A stretch of 64,000 bases of DNA from Schizochytrium sp. TIO01 (lineage: Eukaryota; Protista; Bigyra: Labyrinthulomycetes). The notes below the pieces were generated by a model, which searched no databases, was not told the DNA's origin, and was given only the letters and a program-made list of their open reading frames with translations. How positions within the stretch are numbered: the stretch's first letter is position 1; every line of letters starts with the position of its first letter. The stretch spans positions 2,165,648 through 2,229,647 of the forward strand of contig SMSO01000014.1 in assembly GCA_004764695.1 (NCBI GenBank), given 5' to 3'. Shown in pieces: positions 14,586 through 25,970 of this stretch. Position numbers and translations under genes: made by a program.

Positions 14586-15264
14586 ACCTACTTCCACCAT
14601 CTCTGATCAAGCAGGACTATTCGTTCGTCCATGTCAAACCTGACGCAACTCTGCAGGTATCGAAGCCTACGTATACACATTCAAAAGGTGTTTGTATAAA
14701 CACATTTTCATCTTCAGCTAGAATCAACTTCAAAGCTACTACCCAAAATGAATCGACCTGCTATCCCATTTATTCTTACACACTATGGATTCTAAAAACC
14801 ACCATATTCTGACAAAATCTTCTGACCCATCATATCATTCGATTTCTTAGTTTTTGTTAATACAACCCCATTTAGTATCAATTAAGCCTCCGTGTTTAGT
14901 AATGCTAGTTTTGTAAAGAGCTTAAGTCTTGCTGTCAGGGAGAAATTTGTTTGTCATGAAACAAAAAAAATCAGAATCCATGTTTAGAAATAAAATAAAA
15001 TGAAATCAGGTCTCAATTATTTGATCAATACCATGATAAACAACTCTTAAGATTCGCTCTCAAGGCTACTCATGTAGCAAGATCCGATTTAACATGCTAA
15101 AGGATGTCTGGATAACAGTGATATGTCAATCTTTGTTTGGTGATTGATGCACTTGTGAAACAGCGTCTCCGCCAATCGCCAAGCATGAAGCGACAGTTCG
15201 TTGCTTCTCTTGTGCAACTCTTCACTAGTCTTAAACCACTTGAAATTCAAAGCTTCTGCTAATA

Positions 15265-16185
15265 CTAGCGGTTTGCCTTGCTTGCTTTAATCAGGCGAGT
15301 AATGTGATCAAGCTCAGCAGCTGTCAGGTTGCGTCCATTATCATCGTCTTCAAAATCTGTTCGACCGCCTCTATACTCACTTCGTGGACGAGCCTGAGAT
15401 ACAGATGAGCGAGAACGGAGGAGCTGTGGTGAGGAAGCTGACATGCTAAAGTCCGCAAGAGATTTTCGTGCTCGTACCTCCTCTCGTAAACTCTCCACAC
15501 GCTCACTTGACCGATAGTATACGTATGATTTTCGGTTCCGATTTCGGTCTGGGGTTTCTTTTGAGGCAGACCAGAATCGATCTGTCTCGAGTTTAAGTTG
15601 GCAGGTCTCAGAGACGCGGATCCCTGCCAGAACCAGATCTTTTACTAGGGTTTCGGGCGCACTCATGACACACTCTACGTCCTCCTGTGTCTCCAGTGCT
15701 GCAAGATGTTCACCGTAGTCTGTGGCTTGCTGATATGATATACCAGAGCGCAAGAGCAAAGGTACAACTGTGTAATCAATATAATCAGTATCTGGTTTAG
15801 ATACTTTTTGACGGATCTGACGACTTCCCACTTGACTAACCCGAGACGGGGCTAGAGAAGTAGAAGCTCTTGAACTGCTCACAGATTCATCCGGGGGCGA
15901 AAAAAAGCTTTTACGCGAGCTGTAGACTGACGGCCTTACGATTTCTGAACGAGTACGCTCTATTGTGGGACGGTACGTACCGACATCATGCGACGCTTCG
16001 GGTCGCCGGCGCATCCACGAAGTATCAGTAACCACATCTGAAACTGTGCGACCAATCCCGTCACACTCATAAGGAGGAAAGTCGGGAGGTGGAGGAGGAG
16101 GAATTGAAAAATGACGAAGAGACAACCGTTTTGACCAGCGCTTAACTTTGCCACCTCGGTCACCTTTGCTCGAGCTCGCGCCCAT
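15265..16185 (-). CDS. Hypothetical Ser/Arg-rich protein (306 aa) with N-myristoylation-type start MGASSSK
   Basis: Long ORF with an ATG start, Gly2/Ser6 myristoylation pattern and a poly-Pro segment. No recognised domain. Confidence 0.75.
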   Translation of the reverse strand: MGASSSKGDRGGKVKRWSKRLSLRHFSIPPPPPPDFPPYECDGIGRTVSDVVTDTSWMRRRPEASHDVGTYRPTIERTRSEIVRPSVYSSRKSFFSPPDESVSSSRASTSLAPSRVSQVGSRQIRQKVSKPDTDYIDYTVVPLLLRSGISYQQATDYGEHLAALETQEDVECVMSAPETLVKDLVLAGIRVSETCQLKLETDRFWSASKETPDRNRNRKSYVYYRSSERVESLREEVRARKSLADFSMSASSPQLLRSRSSVSQARPRSEYRGGRTDFEDDDNGRNLTAAELDHITRLIKASKANR

Positions 16186-17596
16186 TTTGTATACAAGTTA
16201 AGTGGCCTTTGCAAGCTGACAGCGATATTCCTGGGCTTGTTCAATTGTATGGAATCAAAACTTTCTGCTTAGCCGATTTGGCTTGAAAATGATCTCGTTT
16301 ACAAGAAACTATTGCAATCCAGATTTGCTATTGTGAATCTACGCCCCAATGGGGACCTCGCAAATCCCTTGCCGTGAGCTGTTTGGGTCAGCAAAATGGG
16401 AAGGCGCTTTCTAAAGCAGCTCCCAGGCCTCTTTGGATTGATCAAATGCAGTTCAAGGGCATAGCCTAGATGCCCAGAGCACTACACTCAGAAACTCAGT
16501 GACAAGGGAACTTCTTCACACGGACATTAATGATGAGCGCACGCTAGTCAAGAGCTTTTCCGTGTAAGCTATCCACTGCCAACCGGCCCTGCGACAACCT
16601 TGAGCTCTACCTAAAAGCTGTTTGGTCGGAGGTTGCGCACGTGCACAATTGAGGCCGAAGAAAAATGCCCCAGAGTGAACTTGTTAGCACACATATAACG
16701 AGTGTTACTGGTATGAGTTATGGCTTGTGTAGAAGCGATTCAGAAGGGTGGATTACAGCATGCACTCAAGCTGAGCGAAAGTGCCACGCGTTACTAGGTC
16801 CTGCTACTAAGCAGGCACTGGCTACAGGAGGAACTCAGATAGTTCCAGGAGAATGTAGCAAGCCAGTCACTAGCAACAGCGATAATGAAACAGTGAGCGA
16901 GGCGAGAATTTGATTGCTGTAGTTATATTCTATTAGTAGTCAGTAAATGAAAACACACCATGTGATTGGGCTGGCACTTGCAGGTGTAACAGGGCACTGA
17001 CCACCAGGGAGTAATGATTGGATAATTGATTGAGTGGGAACAGCAGCGACACTTCATCAATTGGTTGAGATAATTAACCTGGTCCCCATGGTCCTTACTT
17101 CGAATATAATCAACCAATAAGGCCAAAGGATTCAACCAGACAACTCTCTTCGTCCGCAAGCATTACAATGCTTTTTGTAATATACAAGTACCGGCATCAT
17201 GCGAAGCTTGACACCCGCCGACACCACTCTTTTATCTAAAAATGGACATTACGATGGATCCCCAAGAAGCCCACCTGCTACTACACATTTTCCCTCCTCT
17301 ATGGTAGTAGCTGCCTAGGTACCACTACTTCAAAAGAGTGTGTGTAAATCATTCCTAAGGTGCACACCTGTGATTCTTTCCATGCTGATAGAAGTAACTG
17401 CAAGTCTTGCCCCTTCTTCATTTAACCTATTGTCCACAGAAGCAGCACCAAGTTTTCCTCTTTGGTTTTGAGAAAAAATTATTAAGGAGAAAAGGTGGCT
17501 GGCCAATGGTGAATGGTATTGCAAGAAAGCATAAGTTTGTTGCAGCAGAACAAGCAAGACAACAAAAGCTTTGGAACCCAAGAGATACTTCAAAGG

Positions 17597-18841
17597 ATGG
17601 CAACAGTCAGTGATAGTGCGGAGGTTGGAGAAAACCCTGGCGTAATCCAGGATGAAAGCTCCGGGCAAGAGGCCAAAGTGGAGGTGATGGAGTTCTTTGC
17701 TGGAATTGGCGGCATGCGGGTGGCTCTGCAAGCAGCTCTGCGCGACGGTACTCCGGAAAAGCCATCGAGACTCCATGTGACATCAATAGATTCTTCGCAT
17801 GTTGTTAGGGAAGTCTATCAACATAACTACCCTGATGAAACCGTTCGTGCAACCAATGTCGAGGGTATGCGTCTACAGGACCTTGACGGGAAGGCGCAAG
17901 TTTGGACCATGTCCCCTCCGTGTCAACCATTTACAACAACGCAAATGGCACAACAACTTGATCTGGATGACAAGCGAAACCGAGCATTTCTCCGCCTCAT
18001 GAACCTTCTTGAAGAAATGAAAGATCGCCCGAAATGCATCTTCTTTGAGAATGTACGAGGCTTCTTTGGATCGCAAACGCATCTGAAATGGACAGAGACG
18101 CTTGCACGATGTGGTTACGTATTCCAACAGTTCTTGCTCACCCCGATGCAATTCCGGATTCCAAACAATCGTATGCGCTTTTTCATGATTATATCCCAAG
18201 CAAGCATCATGCCCGAAGACGTCTTGGCCGGCTTCTCGCAGGACCCTCAACGCATTGAACGTCTTCTTCCCGAGTGCGAGTGCCAAGATATGAAGCAAGT
18301 TGTCATTAATGGCAATCTTTTAAACTGTTCCCAGCTTCAGCTTCGAGAAGACCAGTCTATTCACCTCCTACATGAAGAGCAGGAGGGGGGTCGGTCTGGG
18401 CCAGCTGGCGTAAATGATGTCGGTGCGTTTATTGAGAAAAACCTTTCATCTGAGAACTCAGAATCTCTGCTTATCCGTGACAATATTTTGCAAAAGAAAT
18501 GGGCTCGAGGTTTAGGCTACACAGGTGTAAAAGATCGCACAACCTTTTGTTTTACATCAGCATATGGAAACACTTACCATCGCGCATCTGGCTCGATTTT
18601 TCACATGGACTGTGAGCACAGAGGCGAACTTGGCGAACCGGAAGACGTCTGTGCTGCTTATTCGGGCAAAGTGCGTAGGTTTTCACCTCGAGAGATGCTC
18701 AACTTTTTCGGTTTTCCAGATTCTTACTCTTTTCCAGAGACGATGCCCAACTCTCAGCGTTTCAAGGTTGTTGGACAGTCTGTAAACGTAGTTGTAGTCC
18801 GTGCCCTGATGCACTCTTATTTGTGTCGTGTCCCTCTATAA
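17597..18841 (+). CDS. TRDMT1: DNMT2/TRDMT1-like cytosine-5 (tRNA C38) methyltransferase
   Basis: C5-MTase motifs in order: I EFFAGIGG, IV MSPPCQPF, VI FENV, VIII PNNRMRF, the DNMT2-diagnostic CFT (FCFTSAYG), IX RRFSPRE, X GQSVNV. Start may alternatively be 17513. Confidence 0.85.
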   Translation: MATVSDSAEVGENPGVIQDESSGQEAKVEVMEFFAGIGGMRVALQAALRDGTPEKPSRLHVTSIDSSHVVREVYQHNYPDETVRATNVEGMRLQDLDGKAQVWTMSPPCQPFTTTQMAQQLDLDDKRNRAFLRLMNLLEEMKDRPKCIFFENVRGFFGSQTHLKWTETLARCGYVFQQFLLTPMQFRIPNNRMRFFMIISQASIMPEDVLAGFSQDPQRIERLLPECECQDMKQVVINGNLLNCSQLQLREDQSIHLLHEEQEGGRSGPAGVNDVGAFIEKNLSSENSESLLIRDNILQKKWARGLGYTGVKDRTTFCFTSAYGNTYHRASGSIFHMDCEHRGELGEPEDVCAAYSGKVRRFSPREMLNFFGFPDSYSFPETMPNSQRFKVVGQSVNVVVVRALMHSYLCRVPL

Positions 18842-19416
18842 TTTCTGGATTCTTTCATACTCTGTACCCTAGTCTATAAAGTTAGCTCACTGTTCTTCTC
18901 TCTTTTTAGAATTATACTTTTCTTTCTACTTTGACGCTAGTTCCGCACTTATTTTTCATAATGAATTCCATCTTTAATATATGGAAATTACGACCTATTC
19001 ATCTAAACTCTTGAACTTTGACATGCTTCTTATTTATCTTATTGTTATCCACCCCTAACTGTTGCCTCATCTTGAAGTTCACAGTCTATAACATTCGTAT
19101 TATCATCAACCTGGGTCTTGATTCCGCAGTACCATAATTCCTGTTCTTTAAATATATAACTGTTTTTCCTTCTTCCTCCTAATAGTTCTATTAGGTAGAT
19201 TAGTAAATTCTGCTTGACGGTTGCACACGAGCAACCTCACTTTGCAGAAGCCCAAAACAGCTAGCATACAACCAAAGCTGTTATCAGTGCCCCAAGGCAG
19301 CTCACGCGTGTGCTAGAGCGTGGGGTACCTTTGACTAGAGGAAACCGCTCTGACTTTGTGAAGAAGTGCTGCGCTGGCAGGGCCACAGATTGTGAGCTTT
19401 GATCTTGGGCAACATC

Positions 19417-21180
19417 ATGCCAAAACCTCGTGTGAAGAAAACTGCTGCAGGACCAGGGCGCAAGCGCAAAAATGGCGCCAAGGAGAATGAGGTTTTGATT
19501 GGGAAGAAGGTCAAGAAGATCGACCACGACGATGATGCTCTCCCGGTGGACAAGGAGAATACAAGAAGCCGCAAATTCAGGGAAATAGAGGATCAAGAAG
19601 AAGTGCCCAAAAGCAAGGTTACAGGCAGCTCACCTAGCAAAAAGAAGTCCAAGAAGTCCAAACGTGACAAACGCCAAGCACTCCAAGAATCCCAGCAAGA
19701 TAACCGCAAACACCCAGAAAAGTTTATGGAAAGTCACCCTGAGGAAATGGAGGAGGTAGTCGATGAGGAACAGCATCAACTTCAGAAACGTGAGCGCTCC
19801 AAGAAGATTGCTTCGAAACACGCCTCTGCTTTGGAGTTGGAGGTGAGTAGCGCAGAGGAAGAAGACCTGGACCAGGAGCTAGAAGATGTGGAAATGTCTG
19901 ATAAACAGCAAGGAAGTAATGATGCTCTTGATGAGAACGATGACGTCGATGCCGAAAATGTTCAGAACCAGAACGATGCAGTTCAAGACGAATCTGTGCA
20001 AGAAAGCGAAGAGACGAGCCAAGCTCAAGACAAACTCACTTCAACAACCGAGAACCCTGCTGAGGAGAACCAGCAGGTAGAAGAGACTCTCCACGAAGGA
20101 GACGAAAAAGAGTCTACTACGATGAGTTCATCGGATGAAACAGCTGCCAAGACAACGCAAGAGCGTCAGGAAGAGAAGTCGGGAAACCACACGAAGCTCG
20201 AGCAGCAATCAAATTCAGGCAATCTGATGGAGGTAGAAGCTCCATTAGTACCTTCGAGTACAATGCCCAATGCTACTACGAACTCAAACATGAGCACTGA
20301 GACTATAGTCAATATGGATGGAATTAACGCCTCTGAGACCAGCTTCTCCACCTCACCGCTTGAACTTAGTGAAGCTGCACGGGAGCAGCTCATTGAGGTC
20401 ACTAAGGAAGAGAACCTTTTGTTTGATAAGATTCGTCAAGAGGAAGCTATTAATGCCTGCCTCCGTGATCCCAACGAAGTGACCCTCGAAGAGCTCACTC
20501 GTGAACCCACGCGAGTTGAAGAGCTTTTCCTCGAATTGAAAAGCCTCCGTACCACCGCTGTGGAGTTTCAACTTGCAGAGTTGCGTAAGGTTGCCAATGC
20601 TCGGTGCAAGGCTCAAGATGCAATTATTCAAGAGCTTCGCGGAGAGGTGAAGGTGCTTCGAAGCGCGGTGCCAGTATCAACCCAAGCTTCTCCGGATGCA
20701 CAAACTGAAGAAATTGCCCGGCTTAAAGCTGAACTCTTGGAGGCTCAAACAGCCCTTGCATCATTCGGTCAACCACCCGCAGAGGAATCGACTGGAAGCC
20801 AAGGAAATGTAGATGGCAAAACGACTACATCTTTGGATGAACAAGACCGGAGCTCCCCTTCGGACAGTGAATTTATGCGTCTTAAGAACCAATTGTCCGC
20901 CATGCGCAAGGTAACAGGCCTTACAGTCGCCGTGAGTGATAATGGTCAAATGATGCGCTGCATTTTGCGGAATAAAGTATCACGTAAAGCAGTGCGATAT
21001 GAATTCGAGCAAATCTCTGAAGACGATGAGGAGAGTGGGGTTATTTACCGCCCAACTGGTAACATTAAATTTCTTCCTGAGTCCATGCGCGAGGAACTTG
21101 ATGTTGAAAGTCCAAAAGACATTCCAGCTCTGCAGGCCTTTATCCAAGCAGAACTTTTTTGCGCCACAGGATCCTCTTGA
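19417..21180 (+). CDS. Csm1/Pcs1 (monopolin)-like kinetochore protein with a long acidic/basic disordered N-terminus
   Basis: Coiled coil ELKSLRTTAVEFQLAELRKVANARCKAQDAIIQELR followed by a C-terminal RWD-like pattern (VTGLTV...C...F...IYRP...LPESM.E.L) resembling Csm1/Pcs1/TITAN9. The ORF is secure; the family call is by eye. Confidence 0.6.
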   Translation: MPKPRVKKTAAGPGRKRKNGAKENEVLIGKKVKKIDHDDDALPVDKENTRSRKFREIEDQEEVPKSKVTGSSPSKKKSKKSKRDKRQALQESQQDNRKHPEKFMESHPEEMEEVVDEEQHQLQKRERSKKIASKHASALELEVSSAEEEDLDQELEDVEMSDKQQGSNDALDENDDVDAENVQNQNDAVQDESVQESEETSQAQDKLTSTTENPAEENQQVEETLHEGDEKESTTMSSSDETAAKTTQERQEEKSGNHTKLEQQSNSGNLMEVEAPLVPSSTMPNATTNSNMSTETIVNMDGINASETSFSTSPLELSEAAREQLIEVTKEENLLFDKIRQEEAINACLRDPNEVTLEELTREPTRVEELFLELKSLRTTAVEFQLAELRKVANARCKAQDAIIQELRGEVKVLRSAVPVSTQASPDAQTEEIARLKAELLEAQTALASFGQPPAEESTGSQGNVDGKTTTSLDEQDRSSPSDSEFMRLKNQLSAMRKVTGLTVAVSDNGQMMRCILRNKVSRKAVRYEFEQISEDDEESGVIYRPTGNIKFLPESMREELDVESPKDIPALQAFIQAELFCATGSS

Positions 21181-21630
21181 ATGCCTTGAGACACTCATTG
21201 TGCTAATTTCGGCTCACTTTCATGTTTGCAAAAAAATAAAACCCATAACACGGAACGACAATGACCCTTGTACTCTTTACGCGATATTATGCTCTAATAG
21301 AAATCCATTTTGGGATCTTTTTCTGATTGTGTGTTGTTTCTGCTTCTTTATTCGTTTCATTGCAGTGATTCTTTGTAGAATTGTTTTGTATCTATGAATG
21401 TGTAGACACGTTGATCTGTATTCGTGGTATTGAGGACTAGGATTGTGCAACAGCTCTTCGAAAGCCTAGGTGAAGGAAAATATATTGGTTAGCGTTGCTG
21501 CTGACAACTTTTGCATAGTTTTAAAGAACATTCCAGTTGAATTCTAAATGGAGAAAGGGTAACAAAATTGTTCACTTCAATATCAACGCAACTCAGAAGA
21601 ATTGCTTTCATGGTAGTAGTACTATAGTAT

Positions 21631-22575
21631 TTATGACAAAATGCCAACGCGGCGCAGCTCATCCTTGACCAACTTGGCTCCAGTGACCATGAAGAGGGTT
21701 TGGTAAACGCCCAGACCAATACGCGGGACAATTCCCTTGAAGAGGCCAGAGACACCATACTCCTGGACAACCAAACGAAGGGTTTGTACAAGACCAACCG
21801 ACTTTTGGCCTTGGTCTCCGCGAGCCTGCATCTCGATGCGGGCCACCTCGAAAGGGTGGTTCCAGCATGCCAAGGTTCCACCGATCATACCAGATGCAAC
21901 CTCTTGCATGGGCGTAAGCTTAGCGTTCGGATCACCGTGAATGCGCTCTTTCAATTGACCACGCACAAACTCCGTGAAACCCTGCCGACTGGCCCAGTTT
22001 GTAGCCTGGCGAAACGCAATAGCACTGGCACCAGGGTAGAAACCCTTGATACCGCTGCGCGCATATGTACGCTTCACTCGCTCCATTGTGCTAACAGATT
22101 TGTCGCCAGTAACAGCACCGGTGACGAGAAATGTGCAGGGTCCCATTACTACGGTTTGGCAAACACCACCTCCAGCACCGGCAAGAAGACCAGAAGCAGT
22201 AGGGCCCATTCCAGTTGCAAGCAGGCTATCGTTGATAGTTTCCTTGGAGACCATGAGAATAGCGCCCTTGGTTGCGCTTTCTACAAGCTTAGGACCAAGA
22301 CCAGCCCAGAATGAGGTCACACCTCCCGACTTGTAAACATTGAGAAAGGCTTCGACGGTGGTCTCATTGCGGAATCGGCCCATGCGCGTCTTCCACACCT
22401 CAAATGGCATGCCGAGGCTTGCGGCCTCAAGGCATTGGATACCAGCTCCGATGCATAAGTTAAGAAGCGCTTGGGAGCCCGATGCAGATTTCTCAGAGCT
22501 CACAGCCGCAGATGCAGCAAAGACGCCCCGATACCTGGACTCCTCCATGCACGAGGTCACACCCCCTGCAGTCAT
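21631..22575 (-). CDS. YHM2: Mitochondrial carrier (SLC25), Yhm2-like citrate/2-oxoglutarate carrier
   Basis: Carrier signatures PFEVWKTRM and PFEVARIEMQ, plus Yhm2-type AFRQATNWASRQG, WNHPFEV and GLFKGIVPRIGLGVYQT. Confidence 0.85.
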   Translation of the reverse strand: MTAGGVTSCMEESRYRGVFAASAAVSSEKSASGSQALLNLCIGAGIQCLEAASLGMPFEVWKTRMGRFRNETTVEAFLNVYKSGGVTSFWAGLGPKLVESATKGAILMVSKETINDSLLATGMGPTASGLLAGAGGGVCQTVVMGPCTFLVTGAVTGDKSVSTMERVKRTYARSGIKGFYPGASAIAFRQATNWASRQGFTEFVRGQLKERIHGDPNAKLTPMQEVASGMIGGTLACWNHPFEVARIEMQARGDQGQKSVGLVQTLRLVVQEYGVSGLFKGIVPRIGLGVYQTLFMVTGAKLVKDELRRVGILS

Positions 22576-23889
22576 CTTGTGTTATTTGATATTTGTTGAA
22601 AGCAAAACTCAAGACCCTCGCTAAACAGATTGTGTTTGTCCCAAAATTTTTGCTCTGCTCGCTGGTTACCGCGAACCAAGCCAGTTCACTCACGCCACCT
22701 CTGACGTCGCAGACTAGCGCGTAGCTATCCCCACGATCGGTGCCTCCTCGATGCCCAGTCCACACCTAAGAGAAGTTGCGAAGGAATCGGGTCTGTTGGT
22801 CTTCTGGCCAAGAAAGACTGCTTCTGCTCGTAAAGTGGCAGTAAAGATTTAAGCTTTGTGACAACAGTGGTAATCTCCAAGATGTAATGTAATCCCGCCA
22901 CGGCTCTAAGTAGACTATGAGCAATATCGAGGTCCTTTATTAATTACGCCACCTCAATGCTGCACTTCCCTTATTCCAATGCCCTGACCCTCACGCACCG
23001 CACCCCCGAGAATAGCTTACATTTCCTAGTCCTGTAATATTTTTCGTGAATGGTGGGGCTGATGCACTCGATCATTAATTCATTCAATCACTCAATCATT
23101 CTTTTTCATTCTTTATCCACGGGAGCTCTGCTTTCACGTGGAGTGATGAATCCTCGTGATGTTATTTCAAGGTCCTCGCATGATGGTGTAAGAAAGAAGG
23201 TAGGCACCTACATACTCACCCTTACGTTGTGCCATATAGCTCGTTTCAACGACTCACTCTTTGCTTCACGAGTGAAAGCTCGGAGGATGATTTGGTTGTT
23301 GGTTTATAGCTATATTATACTGCTTCATTTATGCTTTATCTCATTGGGTACTTCGAAGACCACAAGAATCGATCAAGAAGGCCATTCAAGGCTGAAGAAC
23401 AGACCTCCGCTCCTTCATAAAGCTCCACGACTCACACGTGCAGAGCGCAGCTAGCTTGAAGACCTGGCAGCCAACGTTTGTCTTCTTCCTCTCGGAACGC
23501 AGCGAAACGAAGTTTGCTGTCTTGAAAACGAATGAAGGAATGAAACGAAGGAATGTGACCCAGTGGCAGGAATGGTGGCTTTTGGGGTGATTCTTATGGG
23601 GAAACAGCTCCATCATCATAGCTGCTTCTTCGTCGTCATCGATCACCACCAGAGGCGTCCGTACGTACCTACTCTGAAGCTTTGGCTGGCGCTGCATTTG
23701 ACGAGGATCGAGTCTTGGTCACGCGAAGACCTGCTAAGAACTTGTTCAAGGCGGAGACGACCGAGGTGTAATGTAATTGGAAGCTCGAGGCTCTTCGAAA
23801 GCCTCAATAATTCCATGGCAACTCGACAGAAAATGTAATTTCATTCCTTCAAGCTATTTCTTTACTTGTCATTTATATATATATATATA

Positions 23890-23948
23890 TTATTTTATTT
23901 TTTCTATTTATTTTTAATAAATAAAAATAAATAGAAAAAATAAAATAA
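23890..23948. repeat. Perfect AT-rich inverted repeat, 27-bp arms with a 5-nt loop
   Basis: 23890-23916 is the exact reverse complement of 23922-23948 (checked base by base). Confidence 0.9.
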
Positions 23949-24184
23949 AATAAACCTTGTTCGTCTTTTTCTTCATTGATGATTATGATAGATCAATGAG
24001 AATCCAATGAATAAGTAACTCCTTACGAGAAAACCCGTGGCAGAATCTGCATACGTACCCGTGAGGTGGCCGGGATTTCGTGGCTCAGCTCCAGCAGCAC
24101 TTGAAATGGCTCGTGCTTCCGCGATCGAAATGGTGAATACCTTCTTCAGTAATTTCGATGATATCTCGCATTCTTAATATGACC

Positions 24185-24248
<64 letters not shown>
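24185..24248. repeat. (AACT)16 microsatellite
   Basis: Read directly from the sequence. Confidence 0.95.
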
Positions 24249-24249
<1 letters not shown>

Positions 24250-24777
24250 GCTAACTATTATGGCCTAGCTACCACATACAAAATTGAACTCCGCGAAACG
24301 ACGATCTCATGAATTAATGTAGATTGATCAGTCACGATCATTATTATGCTGCTCAGAAGATGTGGTGTTTGTTTGCGATAAGCCGAAGGGATACTCATGC
24401 TTCAAGCAATGAGGTGTAACGAACAAAATCTTAGGCGGCCAGCGATCGCCAGTTTGGATTACTTGGATGAATGAAAATGAGATTAAAACCTACTAATTCA
24501 TTAACGTCAATGTAGGTACCCTGTTACTAGGTACCTACTGAAACGGCATGTCCTTGTAAACACCGCGACAAGATGACTCAATGGGTGGAAAGTCGGAGAA
24601 GCGATGGAACAGCTCTTTACGCACGGCAGATGGGCGTAATACTTAGATGTAACAGATACTAATTACGGGCTATCTTGGAGAAAACGATGATGAACCTGCA
24701 CTTGGACTCTTGTTAGTGTGTACCAGATGCTGTGCATGAAGCCACAGTTTACCCAGAGAGAGAAACTCGAAGAGAAG

Positions 24778-24962
24778 GTGGTGGTGGTGATAATTGTGAT
24801 GATGGTGATTATCATGATAATAATGGTGAGGTGATAATGATGATAATGATCATGATGACGAGGTAATAATGATGATAATGGTGAGGTAATAATGATGATG
24901 ATGATGATCATCATCATCATCATCATTATGGTGAGGTGATAATGATGATGATCATCATCATG
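24778..24962. repeat. GAT/ATC trinucleotide-rich minisatellite with ~4 higher-order units (ATGGTGAGGTRATAATGATGAT...)
   Basis: Units start near 24823, 24855, 24878 and 24928. Contains a perfect 32-bp palindrome at 24892-24923. Confidence 0.85.
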
Positions 24963-25727
24963 AAGTGACACAACAATCAAAGTTTAGTGTATGTACCTAC
25001 CTAGCACTGTCAAGATCATGAAATTAATATAGGCCTATCATATTTGCAAAGTTATGAATGATGACGCTACGGTCATAAGTGACCTCGCAGATTTTACAAC
25101 AGAAAACATAGTAATTACTCAGGTACCTAGGTACCAACCTTCAAAGTAGCTAAGAGCGAAGGGAGAAACGCATATATACAGTAAACAAGTGCATACGGCG
25201 AGCTTCCGTCTTCAAAAAGCACTACAAGGAACCTATACGGAGGCCACTGTCGTGCAATTGCTCTCGCAAGTCTAGATATAAAAACGGCACCCAGTATTGT
25301 TGAGATATAAACTACACTTCGAGCAAGACGCCGGTGCACCCACAAGAACCCATGCCGTACGGAAGTGGATACAGATAAGTGAATGGATTGTGGCTGCTCT
25401 TCGCCTCCTCGCAGCGGCCTTCCCGTTGACGTCGGAGTCCGAAAATAGTAGCTACTAAACACCGATCTTCACAGATGTAATGTAATTCATACCTGAGGTC
25501 TCTCTCGTTTACTTACCCGGTGTGTATTCTAACAGCCACCATCGACAAGATCTCGCAAGATGTATGTAGCACCCTGCATCTGCAGCAAAGATCAGCCCAT
25601 ATAGAGTTGCAGCGAAAGCCTTGAATATCGGCGCTGGCAGCCTTGGCCGCTGCTTCGCTCGCGAGCTGTCCCAGTGTCTCGGCCCAAACCTGAGAGAGAG
25701 GGTTGAACCTCCAAATCACCAAGCAAG

Positions 25728-25970
25728 TGGCCACGCGCTACTGCTTTCACGAGGTTCGGACTGTGAATCATGGCTTAACGATGACCAAGGAGGCGTCTTC
25801 TGTTGCTACCTCATTGGAAAGATGATGGTTGTGTAGAAGCTTGGGGCATATGGCCACGCGCAACTGCTTTGCGTTTAGGCTTTCATGAGGAGGCACCTGC
25901 ATGCGGACTGTGAATCATGGATTGAGGATTGCCCGGTAGGCATATCTATCTCTATCTTCTGCTATTTCAT
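25728..25970. repeat. Diverged tandem duplication
   Basis: TGGCCACGCGCWACTGCTTT at 25728 and 25851; CGGACTGTGAATCATGG at 25757 and 25904; TCTTCTG...TCAT tail in both copies. Confidence 0.8.

Noticed and set aside
16600-17500. Short Cys-rich ORFs between the hypothetical gene and DNMT2
   Set aside because: No recognisable domain and stops in all frames; cannot support a gene, pseudogene or transposon call.
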